Shown here in pieces: positions 12,850 to 24,929 of a stretch of 57,465 bases of DNA (position 1 is the first letter of the stretch; each line of letters begins with the position of its first letter). Source of the stretch: Chromera velia (Eukaryota). The position numbers and the translations under genes were made by a program. The DNA lies in contig JAHBMJ010000067.1 of NCBI GenBank assembly GCA_018398765.1, forward strand, positions 1 through 57,465, read 5' to 3'. The notes beneath the pieces were generated by a model. The model saw nothing but the letters and a program-made list of their open reading frames with translations, searched no databases and was not told the DNA's origin.

Positions 12850-13885
12850 AAGAAAGAAAGAGAGAGAGAAAGAGAGAAAGAAAGAAAGAAAAAAAGAAAA
12901 AAAAAGAAAAGGAAGGACTAACCACATGACCAGACTGCGCCTGTTGCATTCTGGAAGGGGTTGTTGACATTCGTTTGTCGTGACGAGAAAACTCCTGCAA
13001 CAGACACGGAAAGAAAAAAGAAAGAAAGGGAGCATGCATGCCTACATCGAGGGGGGAGACGCACATCTAATCGAGGATGGGTGGCATATTTGAGAACCCT
13101 GCACTGATCAATGGATGGATGCAACACGCAGGTTGTTGGTACGGGAGGGAGGGAGGCAGGCAGGACAGATATCGGAAGGAAGGAAGGAAGGAAGGAAGAG
13201 AGAGGAATGAAAGAGAAGCCTGTTAGCCAACCTCTCGTAACCAGCCCATTGACGAACGAACAAATTAACCGACCCACCCACCAACCGGTTTCAGTTTGAC
13301 GGGTTTCGCAATCCGTCGACCTCTCCGTATTCCCTGAAGGTAACGGTGAATGAAGAGGGGGAGTAAGCACAGAAGAAAAGAAAGAACCCAACAGCAGGGA
13401 TGGAGGCAGGAAGGAAGGATCAGAGTGATCAGGGGGGCATGCAGGCAGGCAGGGAGGCGAAGAACGCACAAACAAGAAAAGAAAAACATGGACGGAAAGG
13501 AGAATACGCACGAAAAGAGACGGAGGCAGACGCGCAGACACACTCCACAAAGAAGAGGGGTCGAGGGGGGGGAAAGAAAAAGGCCAGGGGGAGATCAAGG
13601 GAACCGGAGGGAAGGGGGCGCCCTAGAATAATGCACGGAGGAGCAAACACACCGAGGGAGGGAGGGAGGGAGGGAAACACACAAATCCGCAACCCTCCCA
13701 TCCCATCCACTGACCCACCCCCACCCACCTTGTTGAATTCGTCCTCCAGCTGCTGCAGGAGCTTGTTCCTTCTCTCCTCCACCTCCTTTGGGACCTTCTT
13801 CTCCTCCCGACGCATCGTCACCTTGCGGCTGCAGTTACGTATACACACAAGACCACATAAAAGCGCACGTATGCACGGACGCACG

Positions 13886-13947
<62 letters not shown>

Positions 13948-16185
13948 CGCATGCACGCACGCACAGAGGGAGAGAGCAGAACGGAAACAGGCACATTGGA
14001 AGAGGCACATAGACCCGCAAAGAAAGAGACATGGAGACAAGGATGGGGACAGGGAAAGATGAGCAGAGAAGGCAGTCAGGCAGGTAGGCAGACACGGGCA
14101 GAAAGCAAAGGGAGACAGAACGGAAGGTAGGTATCTCGTGACGCCGACGCACGCACTGACTGTGCAGATCTGACGGCTTCGGCCTCCACAGGTTGTTGTT
14201 TCTCTGGTGTCGACACGGCTACCCACGGGTGCGCAATCGCTGCGGGCGTGTAATCAGACAAACAAAGAGAGGGGGGAGGGTGAGGAGGGGGAAAGGGAAC
14301 AGAAGCACGAAATCCAGAAATGCTGCAAAGACGGAAACAGCTCAAGGGGAAAGCGACAGTCGGGCGCAGCGAAGGCAAAAAGAAAAAAACTCATTTGAGG
14401 GGACATGGACAGTCAAAGGGGACAGAAAAGGAAAGAGAAAGAAAAGTGAAAAAGAGACGCGAAGAGAAAAGGACGCGGAGGCCTGCCGCACTTTTCTTTC
14501 AGCACTCTTCATCTCAACAAACCCGGTAGCCCGATGAGAGGCTCTCTCTCTCTCATCTTTTTTTTTTCATTTCATTTCTTGCATGCATGCACCGATGCAT
14601 CGATCCTCCCTCAAGAATCAGGGCAGGGCAGGCCAAACAAAGGAAAAACGAAAAGCAGAATAAACTCTGGGGCAAGAGAAGAGGAGATGATCGATAGGAT
14701 ACCACGGACCCCCCCCAAAAAAACCGCACCAACGAGCCAACGAACGGACCTTCAGCAGCAGTCAACCGTTTCGAGGGATCTCTCTGGAGGAGGGCCTTCA
14801 TGAAGTCAACTGCCTGCAGGCAGGAAGGAAGGAATTAGCATGGAAGGAAGGATCGGTGCGTGGGTGGGTGTGTGATTCATGGAGGGAAGCAGGTGCATTC
14901 GTTCATTCATTCCGATCTTCAGTCGTTTACTGAAATGGTCACTTCAGTGCGCATTGATTTGTGATGTGATCTTCTGCTACGTGCAGCTCATCCTTTATGG
15001 ACAACGGAGAAGAGTGAATACTACACGTCGGTGATAAATCACTTCTCCGTGAATATCCTGAAGTTTGTGAGGGTCGTGGATGGAGACCGGCCTTCGAGTT
15101 TTGCTCCTGTCCCCCCTCTGTATTTCTTTATCTGTTCGTCCATCCAGTTCTTTCTTTCTGTCTCTCTGTCAATCTGGCTTTCTTCCTCCCTGCCTTCGTT
15201 TTTTCCTTCCATTCTTCCCTTCTCTCCGTCGCTCTCTCCCCCTCATAGTATCATGAATGCTGCGCTGTGATCTTCAAGAGATTTCGCATGCCATTCCGTA
15301 CCCTCCCTCCGCACTTCATTCCATGCAACAGCAAGGCGATTTAATTCTCAAATTGTCGGTCAAACATGCTCGAAAATGAGTTTGTTCATGGGAAAGTTGA
15401 TCCGGTCCTCGCTCTCTTCCTTTCAGTCTCTCTGTCTGAGAAAATGGTCGTCTGTTTGCCTGCGTGTCAATCTACCGTTCAGACAGACAGACAGACCTCT
15501 TTCGAGTACTTGTACCGCTGCTTGTGCCACTGAATCTCTTTCTTCATGATCTCATGCTGCAGTACAGAGTGCAACGGTGTGCAGGCACAGGCACATGCAA
15601 ACAGAAGGCCAAATCAGAATGAACAGCAGGGAAGTGCGCACGGCCACGCTTGCTTGTTCACACGAGGAAGCCGAGACTCCTGAGGAACAACAGAGGTCAT
15701 GAAGACGAGTCACTCCGTACAGAGCGAAGGCAAGAAAAGAGAAGAACAGGGTCCAAAAAAATGGATCGACAAGCACAGAGACACGACGACAGCGAGAGAG
15801 GGAAAATGAACGTCTCGTCCTCCTTCCTCCCTTCATGACGTACACTCCTCCTCCTACTCATTGAAGCACTGACTGACTCATCAGACACACAAGACTCTAG
15901 ATTTCCTTCTTTTCCCAGGCAGGCAGGCAGGCATTCAGGCAGGCAGGCAGGCAGGCAGGCAGGCCGAAAGTCTCGCTGTTGTTTCTCTGCTCCGATCCAT
16001 TCCGTCATTCCGTTTCCTTCTTTCCTTTCGCGACAGAGACACACAGAGAGGCTGACCGACCGACCGACCGACCACGATCTCCTGGGTGTTGTTGCCATCG
16101 AAGGGGTACTTCCCGTAGAGCATCAGAAAGATCAAAACGCCCAGTGCCCACATGTCGGCCTTGGCGTTGTACTTCTTTCTGCACG

Positions 16186-16216
<31 letters not shown>

Positions 16217-17598
16217 AATGAAGGAGAAAAATTCAGGAACAAACAAAGGATTTCAGCAAGTCAATCAAAAGAATGAATGAAAAGGGAGACAGGAAGGACG
16301 GAAGGAGAACTTTCAGTCACGTCCGGTTCGAAAGCAGAGAGAAAGTGAAAGAAAATTCTTCGGTTGTTTTCTTCCGTTCTGGACTGCTGCACCTCTCTGT
16401 CGGATAAGAAAGTGGGCGGCCACTCCATTCCCAAGCACATATTCACCATCTATTTTCATCACACACACACACACACACACACACACTCTCACTCACTCAC
16501 CTAACAAGCTCTGGAGCCAGATAGTGGGGAGAACCGCAGACGTCAGAGAGAAACTCATCTGGATTCTCGAGCTGCAGGCGCGAATGCACACAGACAGACA
16601 AACAGACAGACAATGCAGAGAGACGTGCAAGGGAAGCCCTGCTTATCCATGCGGGCATGACCTTATTAGACTCGTCAAATATCTCTCCCAATCAAAATTG
16701 TGAATACCCCCCCCCCCCGGGTTGCCTGCATGACCACGCCGGAACACACGAAGAAGAAGTTGCACTGTTGAAACGCCCTGTCGCTGTCTGTCTGTAAAGA
16801 AGAAGAAGAAGAGGAAGAAGAAGACACTCATCGATTGCGCAAAGGGAGGAACAGGGGTCGGAGAGAGAAAGAAGGAGAAAGCAAGGTATACAGGAAGGAA
16901 CGAGGGATCGTGGCGAAGCAAAAAGAAGAGGAAGAAGAAAGGGAGAGGGAGACGTCCTGCCACGGAGGCAAACAAACAGGCAGACAGCCAATGAAAAGGG
17001 CGGGCTGCAGACAGACAGACAGACAGACCATGGCGGCCATTCCGAAATCGATCATCTTCAAATTTGACGTTGCCGTCTTGTCCTGCAGCAGACAGGACGT
17101 AAGACAAACAGACAAACAAAGAAGGAAGGAAAGAAAGAAAGAAATTGCAGGGAAGGGAAGAAAAGGAGCATCCAGTCAGCAAGGGGAAAAGAAAGAATTA
17201 AATGCACTCAGGGTTAGCAGAAGGCGGGCTGTCAATGACTGAGCGAAGAAAGGGACCGAAGGGTGAGTTCCTGCAGGGATACATGCGTGGGTGAATGGAC
17301 GGATAAACGCACGGATGGGACGACCTCGGCGCCCTTGCAGGCTTTTCGACTGCTTGTGCAGCCAACGATTTCACGCGAGCCCCTCCTCTCTGTTGTGTTC
17401 TTCCTTCCTTTCTGGTTTGACAGAATCAGGCGGGGACTTTGGACTTTGGGCACGCCAGCAGGCAGACAGGCAGGACTTTGGGCACGCCAGCAGGCAGGCA
17501 GACAGGCAGAAAAGCGAGCGGAGCGATTATTATTGCAGCTCGCTCACCCACTCACTCACTCACTCACTGACCTTGAAGAGAAAATTCTCGGCCTGCAG

Positions 17599-17634
<36 letters not shown>

Positions 17635-17752
17635 GCTCATGCATAAATAAATACAAATGTCACAGCACGTATAGACACTAAGACAGACGGACAGTCTCTT
17701 TGTGCAAGCGAATGTAGAGATCGGACCGCATCAAACACCGGCACACACGCAA

Positions 17753-17787
<35 letters not shown>

Positions 17788-18557
17788 GCCGACAGACAAA
17801 CTTCATTCCAGACAGACGTTTCTGAGACAGTCTGTACAGACAGACAGACTGTACGGTTTCTTTCTTTTTCTTCATGAACAGACAGACACAGACAGACAGA
17901 CCTTCACATCTCTATGAACGATGCCGAGAGAGTGCACGTACACCAGCGCGCTCAGCATCTGTCTGCAATTCCGCCAATACAAACAAACAAACGAACAGAC
18001 AAATGAAGAAAGGCACTCACTTCCTTCAGTGAATCCCACCGGCCAATCACGAAAGGTCAGTGAAGAGGAAATCGACAGAGAGGGACAATAAAAGCGGAAA
18101 GTAGGCGAGAAGAGAAGAGACGAGAGGAGAGGGCAGGATCGGGAGGGAATGAAGAGTCGTGACAGGTTCATTTGACCCTTTTGCTCTTCATTCTTTGAGT
18201 CAAAGCCATGCATTCAGTCAAGTCAAGTCACGGCCTGCACCACATCGTGGGTGTTCCTACACGAATCTGAGAGAGTGTGCTCACGCACGTCACCCCAAAA
18301 CTTTCCACACACACACACACAGAGAGAGAGAAGGGGGGGGACAGAGGAAGGGCATCGGGGAGGGAGCAAAAGTCACCGAGAGTTTATTTCTCTTTCTCGC
18401 TTTCTGCTTCGATCTTCCCCCCCTGTCCCCCCCCTCTCTCTCACACTCTTTCTTTCTTTCCTTCCTTCCTTCTCTTTCTTTTTTTCTTTCTTTCTTTTTT
18501 TTTTTCCTTTCTTTTTTTTTTTTTTTCTTTCTTTCTTTTTTTCTTTCTTTCTTTCTT

Positions 18558-18602
<45 letters not shown>

Positions 18603-18809
18603 CTTCCTTCTCTTTCTTTCTTTCTCTCTTTTTTTTTTTCTTTCTTTCTTTCTTTCTTTCTCTTTCTTTCTTTTCTTTCTTTCTTTCTCTCTTTTTTTTT
18701 TTCTTTCTTTCTTTCTTTCTTTCTTTCTCTTTCTTTCTTCCTTCTCTTTCTTTCTTTCTCTCTTTTTTTTTTCTTGCTTGCTTTCTTTCTTTCTTTCTTT
18801 CTCTTTCTT

Positions 18810-18862
<53 letters not shown>

Positions 18863-19131
18863 CTCTTTTTTTTTTTTCTTTCTTTCTTTCTTTCTTTCTC
18901 TTTCTTTCTTTCTTTCTTTTTCTTTCTTTCTTTCTTTCTTTGTTTCTTTCATTCATTCATTCATTCTTTCTTCCTTCTCTTTCTTTCTTTCTTTCTCTCT
19001 TTTTTTTTTCTTGCTTTCTTTCTTTCTTTCTTCTCTTTCTTTCTTTCTTTCTTTCCTTCCTTCCTTCCTTCTCTTTCTTTCTTTCTTTCTCTCTTTTTTT
19101 CTCTTTCTTTCTTTCTTTCTTTCTTTCTTTT

Positions 19132-19174
<43 letters not shown>

Positions 19175-19185
19175 CTTTCTTTCTT

Positions 19186-19252
<67 letters not shown>

Positions 19253-20415
19253 CTTTTCTTTCTTTCTTTCTTGACTGACTGCCTGACTGACTGACAGACT
19301 GACTGACTGGCAGAGCTGCGCCGCGTCCTGCTCGTTGAAATGCCTTCTCTTGACAATCTGGTCAAACAATTCCCCCCCCTCGCACTTCTCCATCACCGCA
19401 TACAGAAAGTGACTGTCTTCGTAAAAATCGAAATACTTGATAATATTGTCGTGCTCTGCAGGTCAATACGCACATGAATGTGCAAGTAAATTAGTGTGCG
19501 CTTCCATCCAGTTGTCTCGCTTCGTTTTTTCAAGATTAGGAACAGATCCACACCTCAGCCCCCCCCCGGGGGTCCCCCCAGTGCCCACGAACCACCAAAG
19601 CTGGCACAGACGTTGGTCCGCGTACTGTCTCTTGGCTTCTCTTCTCTTCTCTTCTCTTCTGTGCTAGATCTACTTTGCATTTCAGTGGTCTCGTTCTCTG
19701 CAAAGGAAGGATAATTTTCCCTGACTGCGACACAGCTCTCTGTCAGCCTGCCTGTCCGGCTGTCCTGCTTCTTCGGGTAAGCTACCTCCTCGTCTGGCTG
19801 AATGGCTGTCTGCATGAAAGCGGTCCTTTTGCTTTGCCAGACTGATAACTGACGGACTGACCGAGTCTTGACAGGACCGAAATTTCCCTTTTGAACATGG
19901 ACTCATTGGACCACTCTCCCTTCTCAGACGACCGTTTCTCCATGATCTTCACGGCTCGCACCTCCTCTGTCCCGTCCTTGGTCACGCACTCGCGCACCTG
20001 ACTGCATCCATGAGCCACAGACAGTCAATCAGTCAATCAGGAAGGGGGGGAAGAGAATGCATCTACGGACGTTCGCGTCAACTCACAATGCCTATGCGAG
20101 TGTTTGTGCACAGTACAGAAGAACATGGCAAGAGATGTAGTGAACTATTCAACAACGGTATGAGAAAACATGCACAGAGGACACACGTGCCCACAAGAGA
20201 CGACCCACATAACGAAGAGACGTGAGCAAGGGCAACACTTGCACGCACAAACCCCTCAGCATCGCATTGATTGACTCACAGTCCAACCCCACTCACCCAA
20301 AAGCACCGGAACCCAACTGCCTGCCGATTTTGTAAGAGTCTCGAATGTCATCGGAGGCTGCCGCCTGTTGACTCCCGTCGCCAGGAGCCGACCTGCCGCA
20401 ACACTTTCCGCCCAT
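11911..20415 (-). CDS. CAMK/CDPK-family Ser/Thr protein kinase, ~16 exons, N-terminal acylation motif, no recognisable EF-hands
   Basis: Spliced product [11 protein letters not shown]...[18 protein letters not shown]...AVKIMEK...[17 protein letters not shown]...[14 protein letters not shown]...HRDVKAENFLFK...IDFGMA...[12 protein letters not shown]...ADMWALGV...YPFDG...[17 protein letters not shown]. All kinase subdomains are intact with GT-AG introns. C-terminal exons (ending [12 protein letters not shown] 11913-11911) are less certain. Confidence 0.9.
18420..19272. repeat. Long homopyrimidine (TTTC/TC)n tract in a kinase intron
   Basis: ~850 bp composed almost only of C and T on the + strand. 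Confidence 0.9.
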
Positions 20416-20569
20416 CCTATTCCTTATTCACGCCTCCCCAATCCCTTTCCCCTCCAATGTTTTACTGCAAGCCAAAATGTCGCACATCAGCCGAAGGCAA
20501 AGGACAGCTTAAATTACGTTCTGTACAGAGGAAATGGCGGAAGTGGCGTTCCTTCAATGGAATTTGTTG

Positions 20570-20725
20570 GTCGGTGCGCGATCGTCGCGGGGAAGACCAT
20601 GCAGCCATACAGGCCGGGGGCCGCGGGTCCGCGGCCGGGGGTATGCATGGCGCCGGGGAGTTCGTACGTCGCCTGATTGGGCAAAAGTGCCCCTCAAGCA
20701 GCTCGCACGGCGCAGTGAATCCGCG
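20570..20725. promoter_or_regulatory. GC-rich island between the divergent kinase and RCC1-repeat genes (candidate bidirectional promoter)
   Basis: The ggccgcgggtccgcggcc palindrome and atgcat motifs sit between the ATGs at 20415 (-) and 21047 (+). Confidence 0.45.
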
Positions 20726-21046
20726 GAGCCATCTCGGAGCCTGACAATGAGCACATGCAAACAGTATCCCTGTTTCCTCGATCAGTTCAATGTCCGCAGG
20801 AACCAAAACCAGAAAAAACGTGGTCTTCGTGCTAAGCAGCTCAGAGCTGTCAAACTTCCGAATACTCAGGAACACTGGGTTGCTCGAAGGCGGGGCCACA
20901 AAAGAAGTGACTGACCTTTGCTGAGGAGACACGAAAGGACACCAAAATCGGATCTTCTTTTATTCTCTCATTGCATCTTCAAGACGGTTTCTGGCCACTG
21001 TAACTTTTGTTCTGAGATCCCTTTCCTTTGTTACAGCTGTGTGGAA

Positions 21047-22558
21047 ATGGGGACAACCAGGGGTTCCCTCCGCCAGCAAGGGAATGGGAAGGCCTCATTC
21101 CTTGCATCTCCTTTTGTGCTCGCTTTCACAGCGCTTCCGTTGTCGTCACGTGTACACCTTTGTACTGCCTCAACGATCTCGGTCAAGGAAGTGTTCACGG
21201 GGCAGTACCAGTCTTATCTCCTGACGACTACCGGAGAGATCTACTCTGCAGGGTACCAACCTAATGGAGCGCAGGGGAATGGGCAGACTTCAGGTTATAA
21301 CCCCACCTTCACGGACATCGGTGTCACCGGAGCAACCAAAATGTGCTGTGGATATCAATACTGCATCTACGTAGACGGCTCTAACAATGCGTGGTTTTTC
21401 GGGCAGAATGACTATAGCATGTCAGGAATGGCCCCGGCTAACCACCCCACTCCCGTTCAGATCACCGATGTCACCGACGTGAACACTCCCGGGTGTGCTG
21501 TTAGAACCGGGTCAGTGCGTCATGCATTTACAGTACAGGACAGTCTTTGATACGAGGATCGTATGCAGAATGTCCTGTCGCGCGTGGTTTGTGCCACGAG
21601 ATTTGACAGCTGTGTCCAATCTGTGCCTGCCTTGGGTTCCTCCAGTATGCCCCCATAGTGCAACACTTGATGCCTGCGCATCTAAATTGGGTGCTGAAAG
21701 TTGCGAATGAACGTCGAAAAGGAGACGAAAGGCAGAAGCCAACCTTTCCTCACGATGAGAAAGAAGGAAGGAAAGAAAGAAAGAAAGTTGATTTTCTCTC
21801 TCTCTCTCTCTCTCTTGTGCATGCGGATCTGTTTTGTACCAGAAAGAGGCTGTCGACTAGGCATAGCATGTCTAGAATCGGAGTTGCTCCCTCTGACTAG
21901 CATCTGTCCACTGCTTGTGTGTTGAATCCGTCACGTTCCTCCCCATACATGAATTCCTTCCTCTCCTACCTTCGCGCAGGTATCTGATCACCAATGCGGG
22001 CGTTATGTACGGTGCTGGCAACGACGGCAATTATGAGTTCGCGGGCGATGGGAGGACCGGAGCAACAAAACATACCGGTTTTGCCTCGTTCGACAACGCT
22101 GTGCACTTCGGAGGCGCAAAGCCGGTGTGGGTCAAGGGAGGCGGCTCAAACGGTGCTTCAAATTTTTGGATCATTGTGAAGACTGACGATGGCAAATTTT
22201 GGGGAAGGGGAAATGGAGGCTCGCACCAGTTTGGAAATGCTGTCGGCAACATGGCGAACTTCGGCGAGGTCACCATTACGGGTCGGTGGGATGTCTGTCG
22301 TGCCTTCAAAACTGTCTCTATCTCCGGCATTCCTTCCTGTCTTCGTGCTTGTGCGTGTATACAGGTGCAGAAGAAGGAAGGATGATTCAACTAACTGTCC
22401 ATCTACTTCCAACTAGGCATCTGATCGTTTTTCTGTTTTCGTGCAGATCTTTTCTCTTCTTTTTTTTTGTCATTTCCCCCTCTCTTTTTTTGTGACTCTG
22501 GCTACCTCCTTACTACCCTCTCCATCCATCATAGCTGTCTCTCATTGTTTCTCTCCTA

Positions 22559-22589
<31 letters not shown>

Positions 22590-24897
22590 ATCAGATGCAA
22601 CTGACCCGAAACAATGCAATGCTGGGAAGGTTTTGGGATGTTTTCGAATTTCCCGATACATATCGATCGATCTCTGCCTGCCCGCAGGGGAAACGATCGC
22701 CGACATAGATCTGGGCGAGGCCTTCATGTGCGCCACCACCACTGACGGGAAGTTGTACACCGCCGGCATCAATGTCTTCAGCAGCCTCAGTGGAATGTTG
22801 GGTGACGGGACGTCTGTCTCTAAAACTACGTGGACGCAGATTGAGTCCTCGGGAGTGGAGGAGTGCGAAGCTCAGCGGTTCCACACAATCTTCCGCAAGA
22901 CGGACGGGACCGTCTGGGCCTCCGGGTACTCTTCCGGCAACTTCTTTCTGCACGCTCCAGGTTCCAACAGGCTCTCTCCAGAACAACTCCCCGTGACCAA
23001 TGTACAGGCCCTCTCTGACTCCTCAGACAAGACCCAGACGCACTGGTGTGTGCTCACGTCTTCAGGTGTCGTGTGTGGAGGCCAGAATAATTTCAGCCAA
23101 CTGGGCACAGGAGATAACACGGCCGTCACCAGTACGGTAGCGGTGGCGAACACAGTGTCGGGCGTCAGCAGTGGGGGGGGCAGCAGTGGGGGAAGCAGTG
23201 GGGGCAGCAGTAGTGGAGGCAGCAGCAGCAGTGACACTTCCTCTTCCTCTAGCACAAGCAGCAGCACCTCCAGCTCCTCCAGCTCCTCCAGTGTGAGGAC
23301 TAGAGTTCAGCAGGACTTGAAGGTCGACGAGGTGACATCTCCAGGATCCTCCACCCAAAAGAAGGCACGTGAGCGCGAAAGAAACTAGGAAGGGAGGTGC
23401 GGGCGGGGGCGGTGCATGCGGTAGCTACTTTTTCTGTATGAAAAGAATGCCTTTTCTGTATGTAGAATACAGAAAATGCATGAAAGAAAAAGAATTCTGT
23501 ATGAAAGAAAATGCATGCGGTAGCTACTTTTTCTGTATGAAAAGAATGCTTTTTCTGTATGTAGAATACAGAAAATGCATGAAAGAAAAAGAATTCTGTA
23601 TGAAAGAAAATGCATGCGGTAGCTACTTTTTCTGTATGAAAAGAATACTTTTTCTGTATGTAGAATACAGAAAATGCATGAAAGAAAAAGAATTCTGTAT
23701 GAAAGAAAATGCATGCGGTAGCTAGGTGCCTTGACGCGATTTCCCTGCTTCGGCGTCTTCCTGAGACTCTCTTTCACTGCACTTCTGCATACACGCATAC
23801 GCGTGTCTCTGTTTTCAATGTGTGTCTTTCTGAACATGTTCCTCTCTGTATGAATATGTGGCTATCTGTATGAATGTGTGTCTGTATGAATTTGTGTCAG
23901 CCTCTGCAAATGTGTGTCTTGTTTGTATAAACGCGTTTCTGTTTGTATGAATGTGTTTCGTTCCGAATGAATGTGTGTGTTGGTCAGTACACGTATGCAT
24001 GGGTGAGTTTCTTATGGATGCCAAAATGATTCATCGAATCTGTTCGTTTATTCAGGTGACGATTCCCGACAGCGTGAAGACGGAGGCCGCCCAGTTGACC
24101 GACCCGAACGTTAAGCGATCGTTTGTAAAGGAAGTTCTGGGGGCAGTCGTGGATTCCCTGGGGGGATCTGGAACCGGAAGCGATGCCCAGAAGGTGACGG
24201 TCAGTCAGCCAGACAGCCAGTCGGTCGGTAGAGTCAATTATTCACCTAGCTGCTTCCAGTCGAGCTCTTCCTTCCTTCACCTAGCTGCTTCCAGTCTAGG
24301 TTTTTTTCTCTCTTTCTTGATCTGCCGTCTCCCGTCCCAGCTGGTTTTGTTCCTGCCTGCCTGGTTGGAGTGAATGAAGCTCCTGCATTGTGCTTTGAAC
24401 TAGGTTGAATTAAGTAACGGGATACACCCAACCAGTTAATTGGGTGAGTGCCTCAATCGAGGGGCAATTTCGTGTGTGTACGAGTGCGTGCTTGCGTGCA
24501 TGTGTATATGCGTCTGTGTATGATGTGCGTGCGTGCGTGCGTTGTGTGTGTATGTGTGTGTGTATGTGTGTGTGTGCAGGTCTCCACAGCAGATCTACCG
24601 TTTGATGACGAAGTCAAGAACGTCATCTCCTCTGTCGACGTGTACACCAGCGGGTCAACCATCGACGCCACCGAGTACGCGGAAGGGCAAGAGGAAGCCT
24701 CCGAGGACACATCCGCATCCGCAGGCTCAGACGGGTTCTACTGCCTCTTCCTGTCAGTCAGTCAGTCCGTGAGTGAGTGGAATGGAGAGAGAGCGAATGA
24801 AAGTATGAGTGAGAATGAGTACATACACTCGTGCAGAAGCATAGACAGGCACACACGCACAAGCACACACGCACACACACACACATGCACACATATT

Positions 24898-24929
<32 letters not shown>

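Noticed and set aside
18159..19294. 330-370 aa F/L/S-rich and K/E/R-rich ORFs
   Set aside because: These are translations of a (TTTC)n tract within a kinase intron.
24241..24296. 21-bp duplication TTCACCTAGCTGCTTCCAGTC with a 14-bp spacer
   Set aside because: The spacer lacks the CATACAGAA motif, so it was treated as an ordinary local duplication.
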